Of a DNA stretch of 64,000 bases, positions 19,739 through 28,582 are shown piece by piece (position 1 is the first letter of the stretch; every line of letters begins with the position of its first letter). The notes beneath the pieces were generated by a model, which worked only from the letters and a program-made list of their open reading frames with translations, was not told where the DNA came from and ran no database searches. The stretch lies in the NCBI GenBank assembly GCA_029261055.1, contig JAJDCA010000068.1:133275-197274 (forward strand). The letters are read 5' to 3'. The translations under genes were made by a program, and so were the position numbers. The stretch comes from Candidatus Omnitrophota bacterium (GTDB lineage: Bacteria; Omnitrophota; Gorgyraeia; Zapsychrales; Zapsychraceae).

Positions 19739-20280
19739 TTATCACTTACCCCTTTCACCCATTGAGGAATTCCTGAAATTAACATCACCACCTCATCGCT
19801 AACAACCGCCATTCGCTGATTCACTCGCCCAAGTCTATCAGCATAACGCCGCGCTAATGTATTATCCGGCATAATACCTAAACCAACCTCATTGGTCACA
19901 ATTATGATATTGGCTCTTGGCTGCGACAAAATTTTAATAAATGCCTCTATTTGACTTTCAATAGCTGACTCATCATCCGAAAATTGATGAAAAAGATTAT
20001 TGATCCACATCGTCGCGCAATCCACTAAAATAACTTCTGTATCGGTTTGCACATTTTTTATAGCTTGCGCTAAATGCACCGATTCTTCCACTGTTTTAAA
20101 ATCCTGCCCTCGCTCTTCTTGATGCTTTCTTATTTTTATCCGCATGTGCTCGTCAAAAGCCGTTGCTGTCGCAATCATCAGCCGGCCCTCATTAAATTTA
20201 TTTGCCAAATCAAGCGCAAAACGACTCTTCCCGCTTTTAATACCACCGGTAACCAATATTACTTTCTTAGACGCATCCAT
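19735..20280 (-). CDS. cobU: Adenosylcobinamide kinase / adenosylcobinamide-phosphate guanylyltransferase
   Basis: VTGGIKSGKSRFA, IATA...D..M..KI.KH..ER, VDCATMW..N, VTNEVGLGI.P, GRVNQ. Confidence 0.95.
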   Translation of the reverse strand: MDASKKVILVTGGIKSGKSRFALDLANKFNEGRLMIATATAFDEHMRIKIRKHQEERGQDFKTVEESVHLAQAIKNVQTDTEVILVDCATMWINNLFHQFSDDESAIESQIEAFIKILSQPRANIIIVTNEVGLGIMPDNTLARRYADRLGRVNQRMAVVSDEVVMLISGIPQWVKGVSDK

Positions 20281-20893
20281 GGGGAACGATTCCTTTTAGA
20301 GGAGTAGGGCTATTTAACAAAACAAGCTGTGTGGAATATTGATATTTACCAATCACCGTCATGGATCCCGGATCAATCCGAAATTGTGACAAATGCTGTT
20401 CACTCAGCTTTAATAATTCAAGTAAAAATATGCGGATGGGACCACCGTGGGTGACAATAATAATTTTCTTATTGTCATAATGGGATTGGCAGTACCGAAT
20501 AAAAGATTTGATACGCTTTTTAAGAGATGCAATAGATTCGCCGCCCTTCGGCGTTAGGATTTTTCCTTTAGACCATTTCTCATACGAAGCATCTTTTTCT
20601 TCTAACAATTCATTGGCTGTTTTCCCTTCCCAAACACCAAATCCCAACTCATCTAAACGCGCATCAACTTTAGGTTTTTTATTTAAAGGGGAACAAAAAA
20701 TTTTGGCGGATTCCTTACAACGATCTAACTGTGATGAAAAAATAACATCTGGCTGAAACTTAGATATTTCAGATACAAAACGACGAACCTGCCCTCGCCC
20801 CTTAGCTGTTAGTGGAGTGTTGGTCTTACCTTGATATCGCCGTTCCTTCGTCCAAAGCGTTTCCCCGTGACGAATAAGAACAAAATGAATCAT
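20267..20893 (-). CDS. cobC: Histidine phosphatase, probable alpha-ribazole/adenosylcobalamin-5'-phosphate phosphatase
   Basis: RHGET, ELGFG.WEG, GGES, VTHGGPIR; lies between bluB and cobU. Confidence 0.8.
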   Translation of the reverse strand: MIHFVLIRHGETLWTKERRYQGKTNTPLTAKGRGQVRRFVSEISKFQPDVIFSSQLDRCKESAKIFCSPLNKKPKVDARLDELGFGVWEGKTANELLEEKDASYEKWSKGKILTPKGGESIASLKKRIKSFIRYCQSHYDNKKIIIVTHGGPIRIFLLELLKLSEQHLSQFRIDPGSMTVIGKYQYSTQLVLLNSPTPLKGIVPHGCV

Positions 20894-21588
20894 ATTTCTT
20901 TAAGCCCCATATTGTCCCAGCTGTCCCATGAAATTAATTCATCAAGAGGCATTCTCTTACGCCAACCAGATGTTTCTAACAAAGGCTTTTTATCAAATTT
21001 CGAAACATAACCTAAACATAAATACGCAATAGGTTTAATATGTTTTGGCATATTAAGAACTTTTTTAAGAAGCCCATTATTAATAATACTCACCCATCCA
21101 ACACCAATACCTTCGGCACGCGCCGCCAACCATAAATTTTGAACTGCACAACACGTACTGAACATATCCGTTTCCTTGATAGTATTCCGTCCCAAAACAT
21201 GCTTTCCGCCACGACTAGAATCACACGTAATACAAATATTCACCGGTGATTCTTCTATGCCTTCCAATTTAAACGAACCGTACATTTCCTTTGCCTTACC
21301 GCTGTAATTAGATTTTGCTTTTTCATTTTCTTTAACAAAAACACCCTTAATTTTTTTCTTAATCTTCACATCCTCAATCACAATAAAATTCCATGGCTGC
21401 ATAAAACCAACCGAGCCGGCATGATGCGCTGCATTAAGAAGCTTCAGAAGAATTTTTCTAGAAATTTTCCGCGGTAAGAATTCCTTACGAACATCCCGTC
21501 GTTCATGAATAGCGCGATACACCCCTTTTTTTTCTGCATCATCAAAAGCGTGTTCATTTACATTTTCATTCATAATCTTTATCTCCAC
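20890..21588 (-). CDS. bluB: 5,6-dimethylbenzimidazole synthase (flavin destructase, nitroreductase fold)
   Basis: RRDVR..F, AAH.A.SVGFMQPWNF, KLEGI, LGR.T..ETD..S..CAVQNLWLAARAEG.GVGWVSI, LE..GW. Confidence 0.92.
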   Translation of the reverse strand: MEIKIMNENVNEHAFDDAEKKGVYRAIHERRDVRKEFLPRKISRKILLKLLNAAHHAGSVGFMQPWNFIVIEDVKIKKKIKGVFVKENEKAKSNYSGKAKEMYGSFKLEGIEESPVNICITCDSSRGGKHVLGRNTIKETDMFSTCCAVQNLWLAARAEGIGVGWVSIINNGLLKKVLNMPKHIKPIAYLCLGYVSKFDKKPLLETSGWRKRMPLDELISWDSWDNMGLKEI

Positions 21589-21608
21589 GCACTGATTTCT
21601 TCAAAAAT

Positions 21609-22271
21609 TTACGCCCCATTGCTTTTCTTCCATCGTTCAACACCCTGATGAATAACCTCATAAACAACCGCCCCTATGAGATACCCTACATCTGTATGTT
21701 TCCCCGCATACTTTCTTTGACTTTCTAAATCTGTAATCGGCGCAGCAATTCCAATGCAATCTGTTCCTGTTCCGGTAGCAGGCAAACCACTATGACTACT
21801 TGGATATTGAGAATCTAATATGGCCGCAGTTCTTGCTTCGGCGGCTATAGAAATAGCCTCAACCATAGCCTCATCGGATAAGGCCGTTGACAACTGGACA
21901 ATAAGATTAATCGTCCCGATATGATCTGCAGAACCTGGTAAATCCCCGACACGTAATGCATTTGTCATGCCTACTGTCGCAATGCAACGCGCTAAATTTT
22001 GGCAAAAATCCTTTTCGATGTCAATAAAAGTTTCCAGCTCAGCACTGGTTAATAACCCGACAGCCTCTTCCAGCCCCTTTTGTTTTAGCTTTTCTTGTAA
22101 AAATAAGCCCGGGTTAACATCCCGACCGATCTCTTGATCCTCAACTCTGTACCAAGCAAATTGACGTGACTGCCGCATCCCCCCATTTAAAACCGCCCAA
22201 CTTAACACTTTATGCGGCTGTTCAAACGCCACTGTAAGCCAATTTCCTTCTTGAATAATTTCAGTTTGCAT
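21609..22271 (-). CDS. cbiZ: Adenosylcobinamide amidohydrolase
   Basis: LSWAVLNGG, GLLTSA, ATVG.TNA, GTIN, EART, ATGTGTDCI, YAGKHT. Confidence 0.88.
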   Translation of the reverse strand: MQTEIIQEGNWLTVAFEQPHKVLSWAVLNGGMRQSRQFAWYRVEDQEIGRDVNPGLFLQEKLKQKGLEEAVGLLTSAELETFIDIEKDFCQNLARCIATVGMTNALRVGDLPGSADHIGTINLIVQLSTALSDEAMVEAISIAAEARTAAILDSQYPSSHSGLPATGTGTDCIGIAAPITDLESQRKYAGKHTDVGYLIGAVVYEVIHQGVERWKKSNGA

Positions 22272-23883
22272 AGGTTTTTTCCAAATCAAGTATTTCCTCT
22301 AACACCTTCATATCCATATGCTTTTCAAATTCATTGGCTAATCGATCATAAGGCGAAGCCTCATTTAATTCTGTATTTTCAAACGACTCAATAGGGAATA
22401 GACTGGCTGAAACACGAATTTTATTAATAAAATACCGCCGAAAATCATCCTTTTCAAACAATCCATGAATGTATGTTCCCCATATGCAATCTCTATGATA
22501 TCCTTCGCCCCCTTCAGCAGGTTTACCCTCACGCTCTATAATTTGAAAAAACGGCTCTGCCTTGTTTAGATAATGCGTCTGCCCCATATGAATTTCATAC
22601 CCTTCCACAGGCAATTGACTTTCCACATGAACACCCTTAACTTGCACCGTTATTTTTTCTTTAGAAAAAGCTGTCGTCATAGGAATCAATTGCAGCCCCT
22701 CTGTAACCTTTGTATTTGATTCAACCGCATACGGATCTTCAATAGCTTGCCCCAACATTTGATAACCGCCACATATACCCAATACAGATGATCCTGCACG
22801 TAAACAGCGTTGAATATGTTCACCAAATCCTGTTCGTTTTAAGAAATCTAAATCACTAATCGTATTTTTTGTCCCCGGAATAATCAAAAGGTCAGGAATA
22901 ATATTACGATCGGGCCTTTCGATAAAATCCAACATAATATCTTGCTCTTTATTTAAATGATCAAAATCTGTAAAGTTAGATATGCGCGGCAAACGGATGA
23001 CATGAACTAATAAATTGGTCCGCGGGTCCTGCCGCATCCAATCGTTCGCGGGCCCCTCCGCCCGGTGTGGATCCTCCCGCTCACTGGATTGGCCGCGCCA
23101 CCCGCTAGATGCAATCGAAGTTTTGGGATAGCTTCTATGCTGAAATCCTTTTTTCTTCTCAAGAACAACCGCATCCTCTTGTTCAATATCTAAATTTGGA
23201 AACATCGGAAGGACCCCCAGAGACTTTCTTTGTATTTTATTTTCTATCCATTCTAAACCAGATATAAAAAGATCTTTATCTCCACGAAATTTATTAATAA
23301 TAAATGTTTTGACCAAATTTTTTTCTTCTTCATCAAAAAGATCAAACGTCCCCACGATTTGCGCAAATACCCCGCCTTTATCAATATCCCCGACTAAAAT
23401 CACAGGCGACTTAACCGCCTTAGCCACCGACATATTCACAATATCTTTATCTTTAATATTCACTTCCGCCGGGCTTCCCGCACCTTCAATCACCACAATA
23501 TCATAATCCTGCCGTAATTGATTCAAGGCCTCATGAGCCCGTTCCATCAAAATCTGCCGTCTTTGATAATAATCCTTAGCCTCAAGCGTATCAAAAACCT
23601 TACCCATCACAATCACCTGTGACGTCTTGTCTGTATTAGGTTTTAACAAAATAGGATTCATAAACACGGTAGGTTCAATCCCGCAAGCCTCAGCCTGCAC
23701 AGCCTGCGCCCGTCCAATCTCACCACCGCCTGCCGTGACATAAGAATTATTAGACATATTCTGCGCCTTAAACGGCGCCACCCGAAACCCCCGCCGTTTT
23801 AACAAACGACAAATAGCGGTAGCCACAACACTCTTCCCCACATCCGACCCCGTCCCCTGAACCATGATTGTTTTAGCTAACAT
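22261..23883 (-). CDS. cobQ: Cobyric acid synthase (CobQ/CbiP) with an extended, palindrome-derived interdomain linker
   Basis: QGTGSDVGKS, PFKAQNMSNNS, GEIGRAQ, EGAGSPAEVN, DIDKGGVFA, RISNFTDF, GICGGYQMLG, GYEIHMG, GTYIHGLF. Confidence 0.96.
   Translation of the reverse strand: MLAKTIMVQGTGSDVGKSVVATAICRLLKRRGFRVAPFKAQNMSNNSYVTAGGGEIGRAQAVQAEACGIEPTVFMNPILLKPNTDKTSQVIVMGKVFDTLEAKDYYQRRQILMERAHEALNQLRQDYDIVVIEGAGSPAEVNIKDKDIVNMSVAKAVKSPVILVGDIDKGGVFAQIVGTFDLFDEEEKNLVKTFIINKFRGDKDLFISGLEWIENKIQRKSLGVLPMFPNLDIEQEDAVVLEKKKGFQHRSYPKTSIASSGWRGQSSEREDPHRAEGPANDWMRQDPRTNLLVHVIRLPRISNFTDFDHLNKEQDIMLDFIERPDRNIIPDLLIIPGTKNTISDLDFLKRTGFGEHIQRCLRAGSSVLGICGGYQMLGQAIEDPYAVESNTKVTEGLQLIPMTTAFSKEKITVQVKGVHVESQLPVEGYEIHMGQTHYLNKAEPFFQIIEREGKPAEGGEGYHRDCIWGTYIHGLFEKDDFRRYFINKIRVSASLFPIESFENTELNEASPYDRLANEFEKHMDMKVLEEILDLEKTYAN
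23022..23105 (-). repeat. 84-bp GC-rich palindromic element inserted in frame in cobQ
   Basis: Ends GCGGGT/ACCCGC; 62/84 G+C by hand count; internal ATCCA-GTGAGCGGG...CCCGCGAAC-GAT-TGGAT stem. Confidence 0.75.
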
Positions 23884-24244
23884 TTTTTTTAAACCCAACT
23901 TTTAATCCTAGAGATGTTCCATTTAACTTCTTGTCCAGGGACCAAAGCACTGCATTTGAAAGAAAGGTTGCAGCAAGCAGGTGCACATCAATATAACCTA
24001 AACCTTTTCCCATCAATTTCTTATTTTCAATAAATTCTAAAACTTCTTGATGATTGGCCTGAATGGCTTTTGGAAGTGCCAGCAACAAAGAAAGTATTTC
24101 TTTTCTATTCTTAATATTTCCACAAGCAAGTTCACCGATAATATAATGATGACATATAACATCACCCTCATTGAGCAACTTGACAAGTTGGGCATTTCCG
24201 GTCCGGAAATGATCAATCCATACGGATGTATCTACAAGAACCAT
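23873..24244 (-). CDS. vapC: PIN-domain toxin (type II TA)
   Basis: MVLVDTSVWID, IIGELACG, GLGYIDVHLLA, WSLDK acidic PIN residues. Confidence 0.92.
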   Translation of the reverse strand: MVLVDTSVWIDHFRTGNAQLVKLLNEGDVICHHYIIGELACGNIKNRKEILSLLLALPKAIQANHQEVLEFIENKKLMGKGLGYIDVHLLAATFLSNAVLWSLDKKLNGTSLGLKVGFKKNVS

Positions 24245-24256
24245 TTATTAATCCCT

Positions 24257-24442
24257 TCATTTTCTTCTTGGAATTGATTGTAGTTTCTTTTCGGACCCCC
24301 CTAATTTTGCCAATCTATGACCGCTTTCCAATGATATCAAAGCTTCTAAACCACGCTTAATAAGATAAGTTTTTTCCTTAATTCCTGTTAACTGCGAAGC
24401 TCTCTTGAGCAATGCGTCTTCAATATTCAATGTAGTTCTCAT
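24257..24442 (-). CDS. vapB: Ribbon-helix-helix antitoxin (VapB-like)
   Basis: MRTTLNIEDALL..A..LTGIKEKT..I..GLEALI...LAKLGG; directly upstream of vapC. Confidence 0.88.
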   Translation of the reverse strand: MRTTLNIEDALLKRASQLTGIKEKTYLIKRGLEALISLESGHRLAKLGGSEKKLQSIPRRK

Positions 24443-24479
24443 ATCACCCCTCCTTTCAAATATGCAATATTATATGCAT

Positions 24480-24509
24480 AAGTATGCATTATTAATGCAT
24501 ACATGTCAA
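24480..24509 (-). promoter_or_regulatory. vapBC promoter with overlapping palindromic operator
   Basis: Minus strand TTGACA (24509-24504), 17 nt, CATACT; near-perfect palindrome GTATGCATT-ATT-AATGCATAC (24482-24502); additional TATGCA half-sites downstream. Confidence 0.7.
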
Positions 24510-24525
24510 AGAGTATTTCTCATAA

Positions 24526-25938
24526 TTATTTTTTGTTAGCCCTTTTCATATAATCCCGTGCTCGCTGAATAAGCATGTGCGCCCTTTTGGGATATGATAA
24601 AAAATGACAGTGGACGTAGCTCGCCAAAACATTATTCGAGCAATATCCTTCCAGCCGCTGGGACCGTCTTCTTTTCTTCTTAACTTCATGAATTGAATGC
24701 GTGCCTTCATCCGACCAACGTGAATAGTGAAATTCATGCCCTCGAAAGGAATCTCCCGCATCGCCTAAAAAACACTTTTTTAAAATTTGATTTTCACAAT
24801 AACCAAAATGGACAAGCTTTTCTGTCATTTCGATTTGGCCGGAAATAATACCTGCCATATTGTAAACTTCACCGCTTAACACCTTCACAGATTCTGCCAA
24901 ATAAATAAGCCCTCCACATTCTGCATAAGTCGGTATTCCTTGTTTAATCAAATTTTGTACAGACTCTCGCATAGACACATTTTCTTCAATCTCTTTTGCA
25001 TAAACTTCCGGAAAGCCTCCCCCAAAATAAAGCGCACCAATATCCTCAGGAAGCTGCGTGTCGTTTAAAGGACTAAAAGGTATCAATGTTGCGCCACATG
25101 ATTCCAGAAAATCTAAATTGGCCTGATAATAAAACTGAAAGGCCTTATCCTTGGCATACGCAATACGCACAGATTTTTTTAATGTTCTCTGAGGAGAAAT
25201 CGCGTCTGACTTAAAAAAAAAATTATTCTTACTTTCTTGCGCAATTTTAAGAATCTTATTTAAATTGATCTGCGTTGAATCATTATCGTCTTCTGTGGTT
25301 GTATATTTCTTAAGTTCATTCAAACATGTTTTCAAATCATCATTTTCCGATGCCGTCGTTAAACCTAAATGCCGTTCCGGAATAAAAATTGTTTCATCTT
25401 TAAAAATAACTCCGAGCACGGGGATCTGATTATAAAACTGAACCGACTCTTTGAGCATATCTAAATGCCCTTGGCTAGCCACACGATTTAAAATAACGCC
25501 GCAAATATGAATATCGGAATCTAATGTTTGATATCCTTTAATAACAGCTGCCACCGACCGCGCCATTCTTCCGGCATCCACAACTAAAATGACAGGGGCT
25601 TGAAGAATCTTCGCAATATTTGCCGTGCCTCCTTCATCGCTTGTGTTAGAGAAACCATCAAACAATCCCATCACCCCCTCGATAACGGCAATATCACATC
25701 CAACTGTTTCTTTCTGAAATAATGCACAGACTTGTTCTTTTCCCATCATCCAATCATCTAAATTATGTGACGGCAACCCCGTTGCGACAGCATGATAGCT
25801 TGGATCAATGTAGTCAGGGCCAACTTTGAAAGCCCGAACCTTAATCCCCATACCCCGAAATCCCTGCATAATACTTAATGCAACCGATGTTTTTCCTACA
25901 CCGCTATGAGTTCCGGCAATAATAATTTTAGTCTGCAT
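24526..25938 (-). CDS. cbiA: Cobyrinate a,c-diamide synthase (CbiA/CobB)
   Basis: SGVGKT, FKVGPDYIDP, IEGVMGLFDG, ERHLGL, AFQFYY..N, GGGFPE, AECGG, GHEFHYS. Confidence 0.95.
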   Translation of the reverse strand: MQTKIIIAGTHSGVGKTSVALSIMQGFRGMGIKVRAFKVGPDYIDPSYHAVATGLPSHNLDDWMMGKEQVCALFQKETVGCDIAVIEGVMGLFDGFSNTSDEGGTANIAKILQAPVILVVDAGRMARSVAAVIKGYQTLDSDIHICGVILNRVASQGHLDMLKESVQFYNQIPVLGVIFKDETIFIPERHLGLTTASENDDLKTCLNELKKYTTTEDDNDSTQINLNKILKIAQESKNNFFFKSDAISPQRTLKKSVRIAYAKDKAFQFYYQANLDFLESCGATLIPFSPLNDTQLPEDIGALYFGGGFPEVYAKEIEENVSMRESVQNLIKQGIPTYAECGGLIYLAESVKVLSGEVYNMAGIISGQIEMTEKLVHFGYCENQILKKCFLGDAGDSFRGHEFHYSRWSDEGTHSIHEVKKKRRRSQRLEGYCSNNVLASYVHCHFLSYPKRAHMLIQRARDYMKRANKK

Positions 25939-25942
25939 AATT

Positions 25943-26695
25943 CTAAACGGTTGTTTCTGTAGGATGATACTCAGGATACCTCTCCTGAATCACTTTACGC
26001 GAATACGAATAATGATGAACAATCTGTTCTGTGGTGTATTTATGTTCACGGGCATACGGGCAGGCTAATCGGGCAAGACAACGATCTTGGCAAATCGAGT
26101 TTTCTTCTAGGCGAAATGGCAGGCATGTCTTTTTGTTAAAATCACCTAATGTTTCCGCAATTTCGGATACAGCCCCGGACGGACAGGCCTTTATGCAAGG
26201 TTTATCTTCACACGTCGCACACGGTGAGTTGAAAATTTGACGTGATGTTTCCGGCAAATTGAGTGTGGCTAAGAAAACAGATCGATACGCATGCCACACT
26301 CCAAATTCTTTATGAATATTTTTACCTAAAGGGGTCGGATGTGTCCATCCAAGCCAATGCGTAAATGTTTGAATAGGAAAACGTGGCAATCTTTTAGGAA
26401 ATAAAGGAACAATTTCACTTCCTTTTAAATACGTTTTAATAAACTCAGGCACAATCCTTTCTGTAAAACAATTAACCGGATCAATAGGGTCTCGATTTTC
26501 ATTATCTAAAGCCTTCCAAAGCTGCCTTCCACCGCTGCCAATGGTAATAAGCGAAGAGAATTTCCCAAAATCGATATTCTGTGCGGCTAAATCATCTAGA
26601 ATATCTTGCGGAAGTGATGAGCTAGCTGTAATAGAAAATAAATTGTATCCGTTTTGTGATAAAAATTGAACTCCTTGAGATAGATGCTCTTTCAT
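25943..26695 (-). CDS. CblC(MMACHC)/QueG-like putative cobalamin-binding protein with C-terminal Fe-S ferredoxin domain
   Basis: IGSGGRQLW, DP, FPIQ, PLG..IHKEFGVWHAYR, then CxxC-xxx-CxxxCP and C..C...C.AR.ACP; TGATG coupling to btuD. Confidence 0.6.
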   Translation of the reverse strand: MKEHLSQGVQFLSQNGYNLFSITASSSLPQDILDDLAAQNIDFGKFSSLITIGSGGRQLWKALDNENRDPIDPVNCFTERIVPEFIKTYLKGSEIVPLFPKRLPRFPIQTFTHWLGWTHPTPLGKNIHKEFGVWHAYRSVFLATLNLPETSRQIFNSPCATCEDKPCIKACPSGAVSEIAETLGDFNKKTCLPFRLEENSICQDRCLARLACPYAREHKYTTEQIVHHYSYSRKVIQERYPEYHPTETTV

Positions 26696-27486
26696 CACAC
26701 CTTTTCCTTTTTTTGAACCCGACCCCATGGCACGACATAAAATCCTTCTTTACCCTGACCATACTTGGCTGTAATCCCATAAGCGGTTTCCAAATTCTTA
26801 GATGTTAAAACTTCTTTGGGCGTCCCCGAAACGAGAATTTTACCTTCATTCAACAAATACAATTTGTGACAATACCGTGCCGCTAAGGATAGATCATGCA
26901 AAACAACCGCAACGCCCCGGCCATCCTCAGCCATTTTACGTAATAATTGCATCACCTGAATTTGGTGATTTGGATCTAATCCGGAAACAGGCTCATCTGC
27001 CAAAAGAATATTTGACTGAACAGCAATAGCCCGCGCCAACATCACAAGTCGCTTTTCTCCGCCGGATAATTTTGTTACCGTTCGTCCACTCAGATGATCT
27101 ATTTCTGCTAATGCCATAGATTGTTGAATAGCCGCAGCATCTTGCTGAGATAATTGTTGCCATGCCGAAAGATGCGGTAGGCGACCAAGCGCCACCACTT
27201 TTTCTACTTTTAATGGCCAATGAATAGTATCTCCTTGCGCCATGTAACTTAAAGACTGACTTAATGCCTTGTGCGTAATATCCTTTAATGGATGTCCTGA
27301 CAATTCAATATCTCCACTCTTAAAAGGAAGCAACCTGGCCAAACTTTTTAACAATGTTGTTTTCCCCGTTCCGTTTGAACCAATGATTCCGATTAATTCA
27401 CCTTTTTGAATTTTGAGACTTACATCTTTGACAATCAAATGATCGCCCAAATAAACAGAAATATTTTTGGCTTCTAATAAAGTCAT
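26695..27486 (-). CDS. btuD: Cobalamin/siderophore ABC transporter ATP-binding subunit
   Basis: GSNGTGKT, LSGGEK, LLADEP, VLHDL. Confidence 0.88.
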   Translation of the reverse strand: MTLLEAKNISVYLGDHLIVKDVSLKIQKGELIGIIGSNGTGKTTLLKSLARLLPFKSGDIELSGHPLKDITHKALSQSLSYMAQGDTIHWPLKVEKVVALGRLPHLSAWQQLSQQDAAAIQQSMALAEIDHLSGRTVTKLSGGEKRLVMLARAIAVQSNILLADEPVSGLDPNHQIQVMQLLRKMAEDGRGVAVVLHDLSLAARYCHKLYLLNEGKILVSGTPKEVLTSKNLETAYGITAKYGQGKEGFYVVPWGRVQKKEKV

Positions 27487-28502
27487 ACCATATCTTTTTT
27501 CATTTTGTAAATCAGCATTAAGAAAAAGGGTGCCCCGATCATGGATGTTAAAACCCCAATTTTCAATTCAACCCCTGTCGACAATAAACGCACTGCCAAA
27601 TCGGCCCACAAAAGAAGAATAGCGCCTGCAATAGCACTGACCCCCAATAATTTTGAAGGATCATTCCCTACAAAAGGACGTAAAATGTGTGGCACCACCA
27701 ATCCAATAAAACCAATACTACCTGTAACAGATACGGCAGCACCAACAGAAAGCATCGTGCCTAAAACAAGCCGCAGCTTAACCATCTTCATATGAAAACC
27801 CAACGTGGAGGCGGTTTCTTCGCCTAAGGTTAAAGCACGCAAGGCGCGCGCATCCCAAAAAATAAGCACCCAACCCGTCAACATAATCGGTAAAGCCATC
27901 ATCACATGATCAAAACTGCGATTAGCCAAAGAACCCATTTGCCAAAAAATAATTTCAATGGCCGCATGCGGATCCGCCGAGAGATTAAGAGCTAATGATG
28001 TCGCTGCCACAGAAAAACTATTAACCGCAACCCCGGCTAGAATTAAAGTTTGCACACTACTATTCATACCGGCAAATATGTAAATTAAAATAATCGCTAA
28101 CAATGCACCCATCATACCTCCCAAAGGCAAAGCCAGTGGAAAGGCTTTCGCCAATCCAGTGTACATAACCAAAACAGCGCCAAAAGAAGCCCCTCCGGAA
28201 ACGCCTAAAACACCTGGTGAGGCCAATGGGTTACGTAGCAAACCCTGCATCGCTGCGCCAGCCAAACCAAGCGTAGCACCTACTAAAATACCGAGTAATG
28301 TTCGCGGAAATCGAATTTCCCAAAGAATTAAAACAGCTTGTGAAAAATTTCTTTTAAATAGCTGATCTAGCGTTTCAAACAAAGGAAACTTTGCACTGCC
28401 GATTGCCAAAGAGCACAAACAGGTTATACCGAGGACAAAAAGTAAAACAGGAATAAGAGCTCTTTCTTTTTTCTGAGGAGTTTGTTTTAATAATTGAGTC
28501 AT
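27483..28502 (-). CDS. btuC: FecCD/BtuC-family ABC permease
   Basis: IRFPR, GAAMQGLLRNPLASP..LG.S.GA, LGEE.A..LG, IGFIGLVVPHI.R, GAPFF. Confidence 0.9.
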   Translation of the reverse strand: MTQLLKQTPQKKERALIPVLLFVLGITCLCSLAIGSAKFPLFETLDQLFKRNFSQAVLILWEIRFPRTLLGILVGATLGLAGAAMQGLLRNPLASPGVLGVSGGASFGAVLVMYTGLAKAFPLALPLGGMMGALLAIILIYIFAGMNSSVQTLILAGVAVNSFSVAATSLALNLSADPHAAIEIIFWQMGSLANRSFDHVMMALPIMLTGWVLIFWDARALRALTLGEETASTLGFHMKMVKLRLVLGTMLSVGAAVSVTGSIGFIGLVVPHILRPFVGNDPSKLLGVSAIAGAILLLWADLAVRLLSTGVELKIGVLTSMIGAPFFLMLIYKMKKDMV

Positions 28503-28508
28503 ATTTTC

Positions 28509-28582
28509 ATTGTCATTCCCGCGAAAGCGGGAATCCAGTTGAAGAATATGTATCCCCGGCTAAAATATTCGGGGATGACAAT
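28509..28582. repeat. GTCATTCCCGCGAAAGCGGGAATCC-type palindromic element overlapping the btuF 3' end
   Basis: ATTGTCAT...ATGACAAT termini; ATTCCCGC-GAAA-GCGGGAAT hairpin; encodes ...TGFPLSRE* and supplies the stop codon. Confidence 0.75.

Noticed and set aside
23022-23105. Intein or self-splicing intron in cobQ
   Set aside because: Far too short, and no C/S...HN intein termini or group I/II core
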